DNA of 64,000 nucleotides, from the IMG/VR virus record IMGVR_UViG_3300017987_000006, positions 64,001 to 128,000 of that record; one strand, 5' to 3'. The notes under the pieces are model-generated. The model was not told the origin of the DNA. It saw nothing but the letters and a program-made list of their open reading frames with translations, and searched no databases. Shown piece by piece: positions 39,586 to 48,595 of this stretch. Each line of letters begins with the position of its first letter. The stretch's first letter is position 1. The DNA is from a virus. Position numbers and translations under genes: made by a program.

Positions 39586-40130
39586 GGGTCCTAATTATCT
39601 GCGCGCTAAGCCTCCTCAGCGCCCCTGTGAGCGCCCGGACCCCCTGCACCATCCAGGACTACTCCGACCCCTCCAAAGCGCCCGATTTCGGCTGCCCAGG
39701 CCCCCAGGAGCCCGCCCTGGTGCCCGAGCTGAGGCCCAAACCCTCAATGGGGATTGAAAACGGCGCGACGGTCCTAATTAAGAAGAAAAAGATTCCGGTA
39801 CTTTATGACGCCGTTCTGATGGACAAGCTGAAGGTCATCGAGCTGGGCTTGAAAATCAAGGGGTTACGAAGGCTGCGCTGGCTCGAGCGCCACAAGGGGG
39901 AGAAGCTCCTCGCGGTGGAGCGGAAGTACGTGGGCCAGCGCTACCAAGCCCAGCTGAAGCTCGAGCAGGAGCGGGTCAAGACCGCCAGGGGTCAGCGGGA
40001 TGACGCCAGGCAGGAGAGGGACGATTCGCGGAAGTGGTATAGGTCCTTTTCCTTCGGCTTCACCGTGGGGGCTGGGACCGTGGTCGTTGTCACGGCCGGC
40101 ATCGTCATCGCTGTCCTCGCCGCGCGATAG
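39582..40130 (+). CDS. Exported coiled-coil protein with C-terminal TM anchor
   Basis: Signal-peptide-like N-terminus (…PVSA), coiled coil, hydrophobic C-terminus. Confidence 0.6.
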   Translation: MRVLIICALSLLSAPVSARTPCTIQDYSDPSKAPDFGCPGPQEPALVPELRPKPSMGIENGATVLIKKKKIPVLYDAVLMDKLKVIELGLKIKGLRRLRWLERHKGEKLLAVERKYVGQRYQAQLKLEQERVKTARGQRDDARQERDDSRKWYRSFSFGFTVGAGTVVVVTAGIVIAVLAAR

Positions 40131-40520
40131 CTAAGAAAAGATCCCGTGTGGTGGATCTGATCTGCAAGGGCCTTTTCGCTTCCGTTTCCGAAAGCCCGTA
40201 GCGACACGGATGATGCGGGACGTTAGCGCCCGACCCCTTGCCCGGACTCCAATTTCCTTCCTCACTACTTCGCTTTGACATCGCCCTCTGCTTCCACACA
40301 AGCAGGAGATCTGCCACCGACTGGTTAGGCCGGAGTCCGGCGTGCGGACCCCTACGAAAATGGAGAGATTGACCACTACCTCGGTTTCCCAACACGTGGC
40401 CAATGTTGGGGCCGGCAGGGAATGAAGGACACCTCCAGAGAAGAAGTTACGTTCCTCCCTGCACTTTTCTTATGACGCTTTTTGATCGTCGTTTGTAGAC
40501 TAAAGACGGTATAGGGATTG

Positions 40521-40550
40521 AAAAGGACCGCCCCGGAGAAGGGGCGGCCC
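40521..40550 (-). terminator. Rho-independent terminator ending the replication operon
   Basis: On the - strand GGGCCGCCCC-TTCTCC-GGGGCGGTCC-TTTT, directly after a TAA TAA. Confidence 0.75.
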
Positions 40551-40554
40551 CTTA

Positions 40555-40743
40555 TTAGGTGATGAACTCTGCGTCGTTCAGTAGGCGGGTTCTGGCCTGC
40601 TCCATCGTCGTACAACCCTGGAGGCTGACGCCGATGCGATCGGCCAGCTTCTGTAGCTCGTCTGGACCGAGCTGGTAGAATGGGTCTTTGAGAACTTCAA
40701 CGAACTCCTCATCCGTGGGCGAGACAGTGGCTCGGCGACTTAC
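40555..40743 (-). CDS. 62-aa HeH/Rho-N-like protein lacking a canonical start codon (GTA in a GTAA overlap)
   Basis: VSRRATVSPTDEEFVEVLKDPFYQLGPDELQKLADRIGVSLQGCTTMEQARTRLLNDAEFIT, then a double stop and the terminator. Confidence 0.5.
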   Translation of the reverse strand, partial: VSRRATVSPTDEEFVEVLKDPFYQLGPDELQKLADRIGVSLQGCTTMEQARTRLLNDAEFIT

Positions 40744-41327
40744 TCGTCGCCCTCGTCTTCCCCCGAGTCACCCTCGTTGATCTCCGTCTCAATCTTCTCC
40801 TGCAGCTCCTCGAAGCCCAAGCCCTCCGGGGCGACCTTGGCACGCATCACGTTGTCCTCCTCGAGCCAGGTGCCGAGGTGGATGAGGTTACGCAAGATCT
40901 TGTAGTTCTCACTCAGGACGTTGTTGATGGCGTCCTCGATCGAAGACCGAAGCTCGGCGAGCTCCTCCTTGAGATCTGCGAACCCATCGTCCACGGTCTT
41001 CCCCAACGTATCAACTCGATCTTCTATATCTCCTCCAGACCGACTGGACTTGGGAGGCTTCTTTTCCTCCTCCTTCCTGGATTTGGCCTTGGTCTCGGTC
41101 TTGTCCTTGCCCTTAGTGCTAGATCTGCTCTTGCCCTTTTTCGAGCTGCCCCCATCTTCCCCGGCCCCCTCCTGCTTCGCGTAGAGCCACTCGACAACAT
41201 CATCGAAGTCCATCTCCGCACACTCTTGAACGTCCAGGTCGAGTTCCTTCGCGATGCGGCGGACCTCCAACCTGTTCATGTCGTGCAACTCTTCCTTCGT
41301 GTAGAATTTGTGTTCGTCCCTTGCCAT
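40740..41327 (-). CDS. Protein with HeH/Rho-N-like N-terminus, charged linker and coiled coil
   Basis: KEELHDMNRLEVRRIAKELDL; K/S-rich linker. Confidence 0.65.
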   Translation of the reverse strand: MARDEHKFYTKEELHDMNRLEVRRIAKELDLDVQECAEMDFDDVVEWLYAKQEGAGEDGGSSKKGKSRSSTKGKDKTETKAKSRKEEEKKPPKSSRSGGDIEDRVDTLGKTVDDGFADLKEELAELRSSIEDAINNVLSENYKILRNLIHLGTWLEEDNVMRAKVAPEGLGFEELQEKIETEINEGDSGEDEGDE

Positions 41328-41331
41328 CTGG

Positions 41332-41544
41332 TTACCTCCTGGTTGTTGGTGGCGGTTTTATTAGCATCGCTTTGAGCGCACGTGAACCCGCCAACCCACG
41401 TGCTCGAATTCTCGCTGTTTTATCCGAAAGTGTGGCTTCTTCCCACGCACCACACCCACAATCATTCTCCAGCATTTTGAGTGTCGCATCCGGGCATTTT
41501 CCCAGAAGTGAGCACGTCAAACACATTTTTCGTTCCCCGCTCAT
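41332..41544 (-). CDS. Small Cys-containing protein
   Basis: CLTC....KC...CGC; ATGA overlap. Confidence 0.55.
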   Translation of the reverse strand: MSGERKMCLTCSLLGKCPDATLKMLENDCGCGAWEEATLSDKTARIRARGLAGSRALKAMLIKPPPTTRR

Positions 41545-42065
41545 GACCTCTCCTCTGCTGTCAAGAGGGCGTGGTTTTCCAGCTCACATTCCAGCGCCTT
41601 CACATCCGAACACTCCCAGCAGTACGTACTGCATTGGATCTGAGAATTGATGTACTTCCACTCGTTGTAGAACATGTTCTGCAGTCTGCATCTAGCCCGG
41701 TGCGTTGGATTGTTGTCCAGGTCCTTCGCTGCTTCGATTCCTTCTATGATCAACGCTATCAGCGTTGTTCTAGGAAGATGCCTGCCGACCACGCGCCACA
41801 TCGTCGTGCCCTTCCTCGATGCCGGATGATGTCCGTAGCGGCGCTTGTCTGACAGCAAGAACGTGTAGGCGCACAGCTCGACCAGTTCAGTGTTGTTCAG
41901 ATCGTCCCACGGAATGAAGGTCGACTTGAACTTGATCGGGTCTGCTTTCTTCCGCCTCCCCTTGTGCTTGATCCACTCGATGTGGTTATAGAACCTGTCA
42001 TCATGTGCGGGCTGCGGAATGTCGTCTTCTGGATCGATTACGATGGTTTCAGATCGATATTCCAT
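41541..42065 (-). CDS. Hypothetical protein with C-terminal Cys cluster
   Basis: QCSTYCWECSD.KALEC. Confidence 0.65.
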   Translation of the reverse strand: MEYRSETIVIDPEDDIPQPAHDDRFYNHIEWIKHKGRRKKADPIKFKSTFIPWDDLNNTELVELCAYTFLLSDKRRYGHHPASRKGTTMWRVVGRHLPRTTLIALIIEGIEAAKDLDNNPTHRARCRLQNMFYNEWKYINSQIQCSTYCWECSDVKALECELENHALLTAEERS

Positions 42066-42517
42066 TGAGCCCTCCCGGCCACCTCAGCCAGAGTAATTTC
42101 CAGCCGAGGGTTTTCTGGGTCGCAGTCTTTGATCAACACGTGGAAGAATGTCGCGCAATCGTCCACACCGGTTACGATCTTCACCGTGTCCTCCGCCAGC
42201 TTCACCCTGTTGGACGTGTCAATCTTCTTCCACTTCGTCTCAGCCTTGCGCTGGCCTTTCTTGATCCCACGCGTGTAAAACTCATTCCACCCCTTGTTGA
42301 TCACACGCTCAAAATAGAAATGCAGGACCAAGAAGTACATCTGGTTTGGATCAAGAGCCTTTAGGAAGCCGAGATTTGCTTGCCGCGTCAACTCTTTGAC
42401 AGATCGCGTCCTCCACGTTCTGGCTTCGGACGACAACATCCGACCTCCACCGGGACGCTTGATGTAGATGTTGTTGCTTGTTGGAGGCATCGTCAGTGTA
42501 CCCTCGACCTTCCTCAC
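42038..42517 (-). CDS. rusA: RusA-like Holliday junction resolvase
   Basis: MPPTSNNIY...IDTSNRVKLAED...GVDDC...NPRLEITL match the RusA PS.N / D.DN..K...D / DD pattern. Confidence 0.7.
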   Translation of the reverse strand: MRKVEGTLTMPPTSNNIYIKRPGGGRMLSSEARTWRTRSVKELTRQANLGFLKALDPNQMYFLVLHFYFERVINKGWNEFYTRGIKKGQRKAETKWKKIDTSNRVKLAEDTVKIVTGVDDCATFFHVLIKDCDPENPRLEITLAEVAGRAQWNIDLKPS

Positions 42518-43266
42518 AGCTTCCTCCTGCGCGGAGGCTTGATGGACGGCCGTCTTGTTCCCCTACGTTCCTCTGGCATCTCCGCCTCTTGGTCCAGCGT
42601 CTCCTCGTCCTCGAGCTCCAGGAAGTACCCGGATGGAATCTTACGAGAATCGATGGACCCGGAGCGCATCGCTGTCTTGATTTTCTGATCGCGTAGGCTG
42701 ATGTGCCTGGACAGCATCTTGAGGTCCGTTTCCAGGCCCTTTGCGACTTTCGTCATCAGCCTACTGAGGCAACGGAGTTCCAGCTCTTTGGCATCGGCCA
42801 GCACGAACCGTCGGTCCGTGGTCATCAGGTTGGTCTTGTCTGTCTGCTTGCCGTCTTTACCCAGCCGCACCTTTGCTGCGATGAATTCCTTCTGCTTTTT
42901 GGCCTCATCATACTGGTTTTCGATGAGGCCGAGCTGCTCGTTGACGTATGTGGCGTAGCTGCCAACGATGTGAAAAAGATCTCCCAAATCGTCATTTTCG
43001 AGGTCGACAACTCTCCCTGGTATTCTGGGGACGCCGTCATCGTCCAAGTACTGAGACTCGAACGGTGGGGGCCATTCCCTGGGATGGATACCAAGGTTGA
43101 TCAACCCGTCGTAGGCCGACTCCGCCACCCTGTATGCGTCCTCCCCCTCCTGCGTCTCCATTTGCAGCGAGCCGATGGCACGCGGCGGGACATATGTCTT
43201 CGGCATCTCTGGGTCTTGCCGTTTCTTCTTTCGTATCCTCGGCATCTTGGGAGGTTTCTTTGCCAT
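42514..43266 (-). CDS. Coiled-coil protein, possible UvsY-like recombination mediator
   Basis: Long helical core (SYATYVNEQL...MLSRHISLR) with basic termini, in recombination-gene context. The UvsY assignment is tentative. Confidence 0.45.
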   Translation of the reverse strand: MAKKPPKMPRIRKKKRQDPEMPKTYVPPRAIGSLQMETQEGEDAYRVAESAYDGLINLGIHPREWPPPFESQYLDDDGVPRIPGRVVDLENDDLGDLFHIVGSYATYVNEQLGLIENQYDEAKKQKEFIAAKVRLGKDGKQTDKTNLMTTDRRFVLADAKELELRCLSRLMTKVAKGLETDLKMLSRHISLRDQKIKTAMRSGSIDSRKIPSGYFLELEDEETLDQEAEMPEERRGTRRPSIKPPRRRKL

Positions 43267-43267
43267 C

Positions 43268-44110
43268 CTATCTTCCTCCGTTCATTGTTAGAGATCCATG
43301 TCGGCTGCCACGCCGCCCGCGCCTGGGAGGCTTGCAGACATGGGCGTACCGGCACGTACGGCAGTGAAAGCCGTCCTCCCTGGGAGGTTCTTCTCCATCG
43401 ACGGCGTGGCGGCGCACAAAGTAGATCTTCTGCTTGATCGCTTCCCAGTGATCTTTATCGAACGTGATGAAGTACTCCGCCATGATCGAATCGTTCTTGT
43501 TGTAGTATAGGATGCACATCATCGGCAGGTCCAGACAACCCATGTAGACCTGTGCCTGGGTGATAACTTCCGGGCCGGGGCCGTTGAGCTTGTCGAACAG
43601 CTCCTTCTTCATCGATTTGATCTCCAGTCCCACACGGATCTCGTCGCCTTCTGCTCTGACTGCCCAAATACCGTCTGTAGTGGAGTCAATGTCCAGATCC
43701 ATCGCCGGGCCTGGGGTCCTCTCGTCAAAGTGGACCTCATCGACGAACACCTCTGTGTCCTCTGAGGCGCGGGCGACCTTGTGTAGATAGCCTTGGAGCT
43801 GTTCGTGAATCTTGGTCCCGGTGTTGAAGATCATCCGCAGTCGAGGATCGATGTTCTGTTTCGGCTCGACCCCGCAATATCGGTAGTACATCACCCGTGC
43901 ACATCCCATCACGTACTTCCCGCACAGCGACTTCCCTCCCTTGCTCCCGATATCGGACGCGCTGAACACCCCCATGCGCTTCGAGTGCGGCTTCAGGTTC
44001 AGATCGTCGAGGTGGGAAAAGATGCGAGGTATGACCTGTGCCTTGGTGATTGCCCGCCTGATGGTCTCTTCATCTGCGTCTTCTAGGTCTTTGATCGTCT
44101 GTATCTTCAT
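43268..44110 (-). CDS. Cas4-like PD-(D/E)xK exonuclease with Cys cluster
   Basis: SASDIG...CAR...YY, TDG...LEIKS, QAQVYM, CRTCRYAHVC. Confidence 0.8.
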   Translation of the reverse strand: MKIQTIKDLEDADEETIRRAITKAQVIPRIFSHLDDLNLKPHSKRMGVFSASDIGSKGGKSLCGKYVMGCARVMYYRYCGVEPKQNIDPRLRMIFNTGTKIHEQLQGYLHKVARASEDTEVFVDEVHFDERTPGPAMDLDIDSTTDGIWAVRAEGDEIRVGLEIKSMKKELFDKLNGPGPEVITQAQVYMGCLDLPMMCILYYNKNDSIMAEYFITFDKDHWEAIKQKIYFVRRHAVDGEEPPREDGFHCRTCRYAHVCKPPRRGRRGSRHGSLTMNGGR

Positions 44111-44639
44111 TAATCATCTCCAGGAAAAGTGAGAGAGGGAGGATTGCAAAACGTTCCCCGATCTTGCGGAATTCCAGCACCAGCGCCGGCATCTCGTTGG
44201 CCTCCATCGCGATGGAGGTGATGCGGGCTAGATCGACCAGCTTCAGGGAGTAGTTGGCCAGTGAGTCAGTAAACTTGTGCTCAACGCGCCAGCTACCTAG
44301 CTTACGTATGTCTCCCTTATACCCACTAAGGCGCGTATTTCCGGAGCCGGGCTGACGGCGTCCACCCATCTTCTTGGCCAGCTCCCTCTCGAGCTTCTGG
44401 GACTGTTTGATACGCCGCTTGGAGTTCCTGCTCTTCTCTGGGTCCGGCCCGGCATCCACATGAACGTCAGCCTCGACGATCTCCTCCAGCAGGCACTTTT
44501 CGCAGAGACGTATCTCGCGGATTGGATCTCCGTCACGAATCAGACTGAACGAGAATGTCTTTCTGACTCTTTTGCAGCTGTTGCAGGTTTTCCCGTGAGG
44601 CAGGGCCTCGGTTCGTAGCACCAGCGGAACATAGCTCAA
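44070..44639 (-). CDS. Zn-ribbon + PD-(D/E)xK nuclease (Hjc-type resolvase-like)
   Basis: Start moved to TTG 44639 (TTGA overlap); CNSC...CEKC; ERELA...PGSG...GD...VEHK. Confidence 0.65.
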   Translation of the reverse strand: MSYVPLVLRTEALPHGKTCNSCKRVRKTFSFSLIRDGDPIREIRLCEKCLLEEIVEADVHVDAGPDPEKSRNSKRRIKQSQKLERELAKKMGGRRQPGSGNTRLSGYKGDIRKLGSWRVEHKFTDSLANYSLKLVDLARITSIAMEANEMPALVLEFRKIGERFAILPLSLFLEMINEDTDDQRPRRRR

Positions 44640-46015
44640 CGGAACCTCACGTGAGAAAGACCTGCCTTGATGTAGACCAGCTCGCTGATCGACTGTTGTA
44701 GATCTGGCTCCCGTTCGATCAGATCGATCATGCTGTTCTTTCCGTGGACATCTTCCATGTCGATGTCGGGTATCGAGTACCAACCGCCGTCACGCTTCTT
44801 GATGACTCCGAAGATTTCCGCCTGGGCGAATAGGTCCCCGATGGTATCCACCTCGAGCGGGTCGAAGTAGAGAACGAACTGACCAGTCTGGCCCTCACGA
44901 GCTCCAGCCTTCGCCTTGGTGACCTCCCAGTTGACCTCTTTGCCGATCTTCTTGCCGCTCTTGTTTGTCAGGAAGGCACCCGGGTTAGCAGAGACGCGGG
45001 CGTGATTGAGGTGCTTGAGTGAGTGCGCGCCCTTCGCTTCGTATGGCCGCCCGAACTGACGCTTTCCGGTTGTTTGGATCTTAGCCCGAACCTGGCGGAT
45101 ACAGTAGACCGAAGTCTCGTTGACCTCGACTGCTGGATCGTCACCGCTCCACCCACACCCGCCGGCTCCCTTCTCAGTGGGGCAGACGTACTTGAAGTTC
45201 ATCTTCGCTTCGCTCGTGACCCTCTTGGTCAAGGGAGCGAACCCACACTCCGGGCACCGGAATACTGGGTTGAATGCATCCAGCACCTTCTTGCTGAAGC
45301 GAGTCTGTACCGTGGCGGGAGACGCAACCTGTGGAATTTCCTCAATGGACTTCTCGTCTTCTTGGATCGTGATCATTGCATCCCATGAGTCCACCCCGAT
45401 GAGCTGGTAGGCGTTGGCCTCCACGGCGTAGACAATGCCGTCCAGCACCTTTTCAGATGGGCCCTCAAAGATGTGGAACGCTCCCACGTCCTTGCAGGAT
45501 AGGGCTTCGTCGATCTCCTCCTCCGTCAGCAGCTCCTCTCCGCGGTTGAGCCGTGCTCGCTGAGAGACCTCGATGTCGTAAGGGGACATGGCGATCTTGC
45601 AGCCACAGAGCTGCGCGAAGTGCTTGTCCACGAACGACTCGAAGCAGGCCATGGCCAAACACGTGTCCTCGCCGTAGTGCTTCTGCACGTTGGCGAAGAA
45701 CCGGTAGAGCAGATAGTTCTTGCCTATGCCCTCGGGGCCGTCGAACTGGTGCACCTTCCCGGCGATGAGGCCGCCGCCCAGGGCGACGTCCAGGCTGGTG
45801 ATACCACACGGCCGGCGTAGATCTGATGCGTCCCACGCCTCGTTGGCCGGGCGAATGATCGGACCCGTATTGCCGAACTTCATGTTGATGTCTCGTACGA
45901 TCATCTCCGGCGGACGCTTGGGAAAGCTCCGCCAGAGAAGGGACTTGTCCGACTTGTTGAGCTTCTTCGTGGCCTTCTTTTTGGCCGTCTTCTTCGTGGC
46001 CTTCTTCTTAGCCAT
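44636..46015 (-). CDS. recA: RecA/UvsX-like recombinase with insertions
   Basis: PCGITSLDVALGGGL..GKVHQFDGPEGIGKN, IGVDS, RQVR, GAHSLKH; start taken at ATG 46015. Confidence 0.85.
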   Translation of the reverse strand: MAKKKATKKTAKKKATKKLNKSDKSLLWRSFPKRPPEMIVRDINMKFGNTGPIIRPANEAWDASDLRRPCGITSLDVALGGGLIAGKVHQFDGPEGIGKNYLLYRFFANVQKHYGEDTCLAMACFESFVDKHFAQLCGCKIAMSPYDIEVSQRARLNRGEELLTEEEIDEALSCKDVGAFHIFEGPSEKVLDGIVYAVEANAYQLIGVDSWDAMITIQEDEKSIEEIPQVASPATVQTRFSKKVLDAFNPVFRCPECGFAPLTKRVTSEAKMNFKYVCPTEKGAGGCGWSGDDPAVEVNETSVYCIRQVRAKIQTTGKRQFGRPYEAKGAHSLKHLNHARVSANPGAFLTNKSGKKIGKEVNWEVTKAKAGAREGQTGQFVLYFDPLEVDTIGDLFAQAEIFGVIKKRDGGWYSIPDIDMEDVHGKNSMIDLIEREPDLQQSISELVYIKAGLSHVRFR

Positions 46016-46529
46016 CCTCAGGGTTCTCCTCGTAGGGCTCGGTGCCCAGATCGGGGTCCTTGGGGACGTTGACGTTTGGATCGTCAATGCCTTTAGGCTT
46101 CTCCCCGGACGCGCCCCGCTTTTCCTTCTCCGTCTTCTTCGGATCGATCTTTACTCCGTACTTTTCCATGAATGCCTCTCTTTCATCCATTGTGAATAGA
46201 TGCTCGTGACGATAAAAGAAGTACTGCGCACGCGCCGCCTTCAACATGTCCAGATAGATTAAGTCCTTGATGATCGCACGCAAGGGAGACTCACTATATC
46301 CTTTGGCGCTCCCGCTCACGTACCCCTCTGCGGGAGGCGGAGGAAGCTCGAAGCAGCGCTTGAGCGTCTTCTCCATGTGCTGCTGGTCCAAATCGATGTG
46401 GGTGATCTTCCCAACGATCTGTCCACCAGCGACAACTCGCACGCCGTTGAAGTCATCCTTGTTCTCGTTCAGCTTGGGGTTCCTGATGGGAGGCCCCTTC
46501 GTTCCGCGTGGTTTCCAGTTTCTACTCAT
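46008..46529 (-). CDS. Hypothetical protein
   Basis: Start moved to ATG 46529, just after the polymerase stop. Confidence 0.6.
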   Translation of the reverse strand: MSRNWKPRGTKGPPIRNPKLNENKDDFNGVRVVAGGQIVGKITHIDLDQQHMEKTLKRCFELPPPPAEGYVSGSAKGYSESPLRAIIKDLIYLDMLKAARAQYFFYRHEHLFTMDEREAFMEKYGVKIDPKKTEKEKRGASGEKPKGIDDPNVNVPKDPDLGTEPYEENPEDG

Positions 46530-46530
46530 A

Positions 46531-48534
46531 TTAGTGCGCCTCCATCCAGGATGTACCCGTGCCGAGGTCCACGTCCAGCGGGACAGACAACTCACGTATC
46601 GGAACCCCCAGCATCTCTGGAATCTCTTCCAGCGGATGCTCCATTAGGTCCTTGATCCTGCTACAGCATTCCTTGAGGTTCTCGTCCGGGATCTCGAACA
46701 AGATCTCATCGTGGATCTGCAGCAGCTGCTCTGCACCGAGATCGCGCAGGACGGGGTCGTTCTCACAGCGGAGCTGGGCTAGTTTGGCGATGACGGCAGC
46801 GCCGCCCTGAATCCTGGAGTTGACGTCCTGGCGGAGAGCCCGCGCAGCCAGCTTACCAGGTCGCTCTGGGACGTAGCGCCGCTGCTTGGGACTCCAGTAT
46901 CCCGGCTGCCAGTCGTGATTCGCGTCTGGTAGTCGGCGCTTGTGTCCGAGGAAGCCCTGAACGTATTTGTTCTTGCGAACGAAGTCGTGTGTATCGGCGA
47001 TGAAATCCCTGACTCTGGGGTAGGGTTTGAAGTACTTTTCCTTCCTGGCTCGTGCTTCATCCACGGTGATCCCTAACTTCGCGGCCAACGCCCAATCACC
47101 TTCTCCGTAGTTGATACCGAAGCCGATGGACTTTGCGGTCTGCCTCAAGCCCATCAGCTCAGTGATCCATCCTGGCCACTCTTCGAAACGAACCTTCTCT
47201 GCTTCAAGCCACCCGGCCATGAACTTGGCTTCCTGTATGCGATCGTACTCAACACCGTACATCACAGAGGCGGTGCCCATGTGGATGTCCCAGCCGCGCC
47301 GGATGACGTTCCGCATGTTCTCGTCGCCGGACTCGTGTGCTAGGATTCTCATCTCCAGTTGAGCGTAGTCGGCAGCCGCCATCGTGTATCCGTAACGCGG
47401 CATGAACATCCCCCGCAGATTCCAAACGTCATCGTCGGGTCGCGGGATATTGTGCAGGTTCGGGTCCGTCGATGAAAGTCTGCCGGTTACGACCTTGTGC
47501 TGTGTCAACTTGGGGTGGATCCTGCCGTCCGAGCTGGTACGCTTGATCATACCTTCGACGTACGTGCCGCGAACCTTGTCCAACGACCTGTAGTCGACGA
47601 TCAGCTTGGCGACCTCGTGACCCTGTTTGGCCCAGGCTTGTAGCGTTGTTACGTCCACTGACGGCTGCTTGTTTCCGCTAGATCCGCCTGATGTCCATCG
47701 AAGTGGTACGAGCTTTTGGTCATGCACGAAGTAGTCGATCAGCTGTTTCGGCGAGCGGATGTTGATCTCCTTGCCGACCTTCTTGTTGATCTTGAACTGG
47801 ATGCGCTTCAACGCCTCGCCGATGGGTTTAGCGATGTCGTGCAGGTATCCCACGTCTACTGCTACTCCGCGGCGGATGTTGTGGTAAAGAACGCGCCCGT
47901 AAGGGGCCTCGAACTTCTCGAACAGGTCCCACATCGTCAGGCCGTGAGCAGCTTCCTCGCGTTCGAGCTTTCGCTTTAGATCTTGGTAGACAGCCAGCGA
48001 GGCGAAGGCGTCGAGTGAGGCATAGTCGATGGCGTCGTCTGGGTTCTGCTCCATCATTCGGAACAGAACATCCTGGTAGGTTTCTCCCTTCTGTTTCTTG
48101 AAGACCTTCTTGAACTCCCGCATGTTCAGCCCAAGGTGCTCGAGAGCAGTCTCCTTGAGGCCGTGCTTGCGACGGTTTTCATCGTGTAACCAGTCCATGA
48201 CGAGCGTGCAGTGGATGGGGCCAGGCATCAACGGAATGCCGGAGTTGGCCAGCATGCAGTTGTCGAAGTTCATGTTGGTCATGACCCAGGTGATGTCCGG
48301 GTTCTTGGAGATCTCCTTCTTGAAGACCGGGAGCATCAGCCTGTCCAGGCAGTATCGGACCCCGAGGTGTGGACAGAGCGACCAGATGATGATGTGTTCT
48401 TTCGTCCAATCATCCTTTCCGGTGGTCTCTGTATCAAGCGCACAGATGCCTGTGTCCTTGATCTCTCGGCAAACCTCGATGGTCCTTTCCGGCGTATCTA
48501 TCCACTCTGGCGTGGGCACTTTGATGTACGCCAA
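46531..48534 (-). CDS. polA: Family A DNA polymerase with 3'-5' exonuclease domain
   Basis: Exo motifs LDTETTG, NMNFD, YASLDA; motif A ADYAQLEMRILAH, motif B RQTAKSIGFGINYG, motif C QIHDE. Start TTG 48534 follows AGGAGG. Confidence 0.95.
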   Translation of the reverse strand: MAYIKVPTPEWIDTPERTIEVCREIKDTGICALDTETTGKDDWTKEHIIIWSLCPHLGVRYCLDRLMLPVFKKEISKNPDITWVMTNMNFDNCMLANSGIPLMPGPIHCTLVMDWLHDENRRKHGLKETALEHLGLNMREFKKVFKKQKGETYQDVLFRMMEQNPDDAIDYASLDAFASLAVYQDLKRKLEREEAAHGLTMWDLFEKFEAPYGRVLYHNIRRGVAVDVGYLHDIAKPIGEALKRIQFKINKKVGKEINIRSPKQLIDYFVHDQKLVPLRWTSGGSSGNKQPSVDVTTLQAWAKQGHEVAKLIVDYRSLDKVRGTYVEGMIKRTSSDGRIHPKLTQHKVVTGRLSSTDPNLHNIPRPDDDVWNLRGMFMPRYGYTMAAADYAQLEMRILAHESGDENMRNVIRRGWDIHMGTASVMYGVEYDRIQEAKFMAGWLEAEKVRFEEWPGWITELMGLRQTAKSIGFGINYGEGDWALAAKLGITVDEARARKEKYFKPYPRVRDFIADTHDFVRKNKYVQGFLGHKRRLPDANHDWQPGYWSPKQRRYVPERPGKLAARALRQDVNSRIQGGAAVIAKLAQLRCENDPVLRDLGAEQLLQIHDEILFEIPDENLKECCSRIKDLMEHPLEEIPEMLGVPIRELSVPLDVDLGTGTSWMEAH

Positions 48535-48595
48535 CAAAGACCTCCTATTGAAGGCCGTCCAGGAGCACACGCTCCCGGACGGCGGTTAGGTGTTG

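Noticed and set aside
40131-40403. 90-aa minus-strand ORF with CLCG
   Set aside because: TTG start without a nearby RBS, downstream of the terminator, and no recognisable family.
40745-40775. -1 slippery site (GGGGGAA on the - strand) fusing gene 41327 to the ORF ending at 40555
   Set aside because: It is not a canonical X XXY YYZ heptamer and I saw no stimulatory structure. Kept only as a minor alternative in the GTA-start finding.
43268-44110. CRISPR-Cas locus suggested by the Cas4-like gene
   Set aside because: No repeat-spacer array or other cas genes; solo Cas4-like nucleases are common in phage recombination modules.
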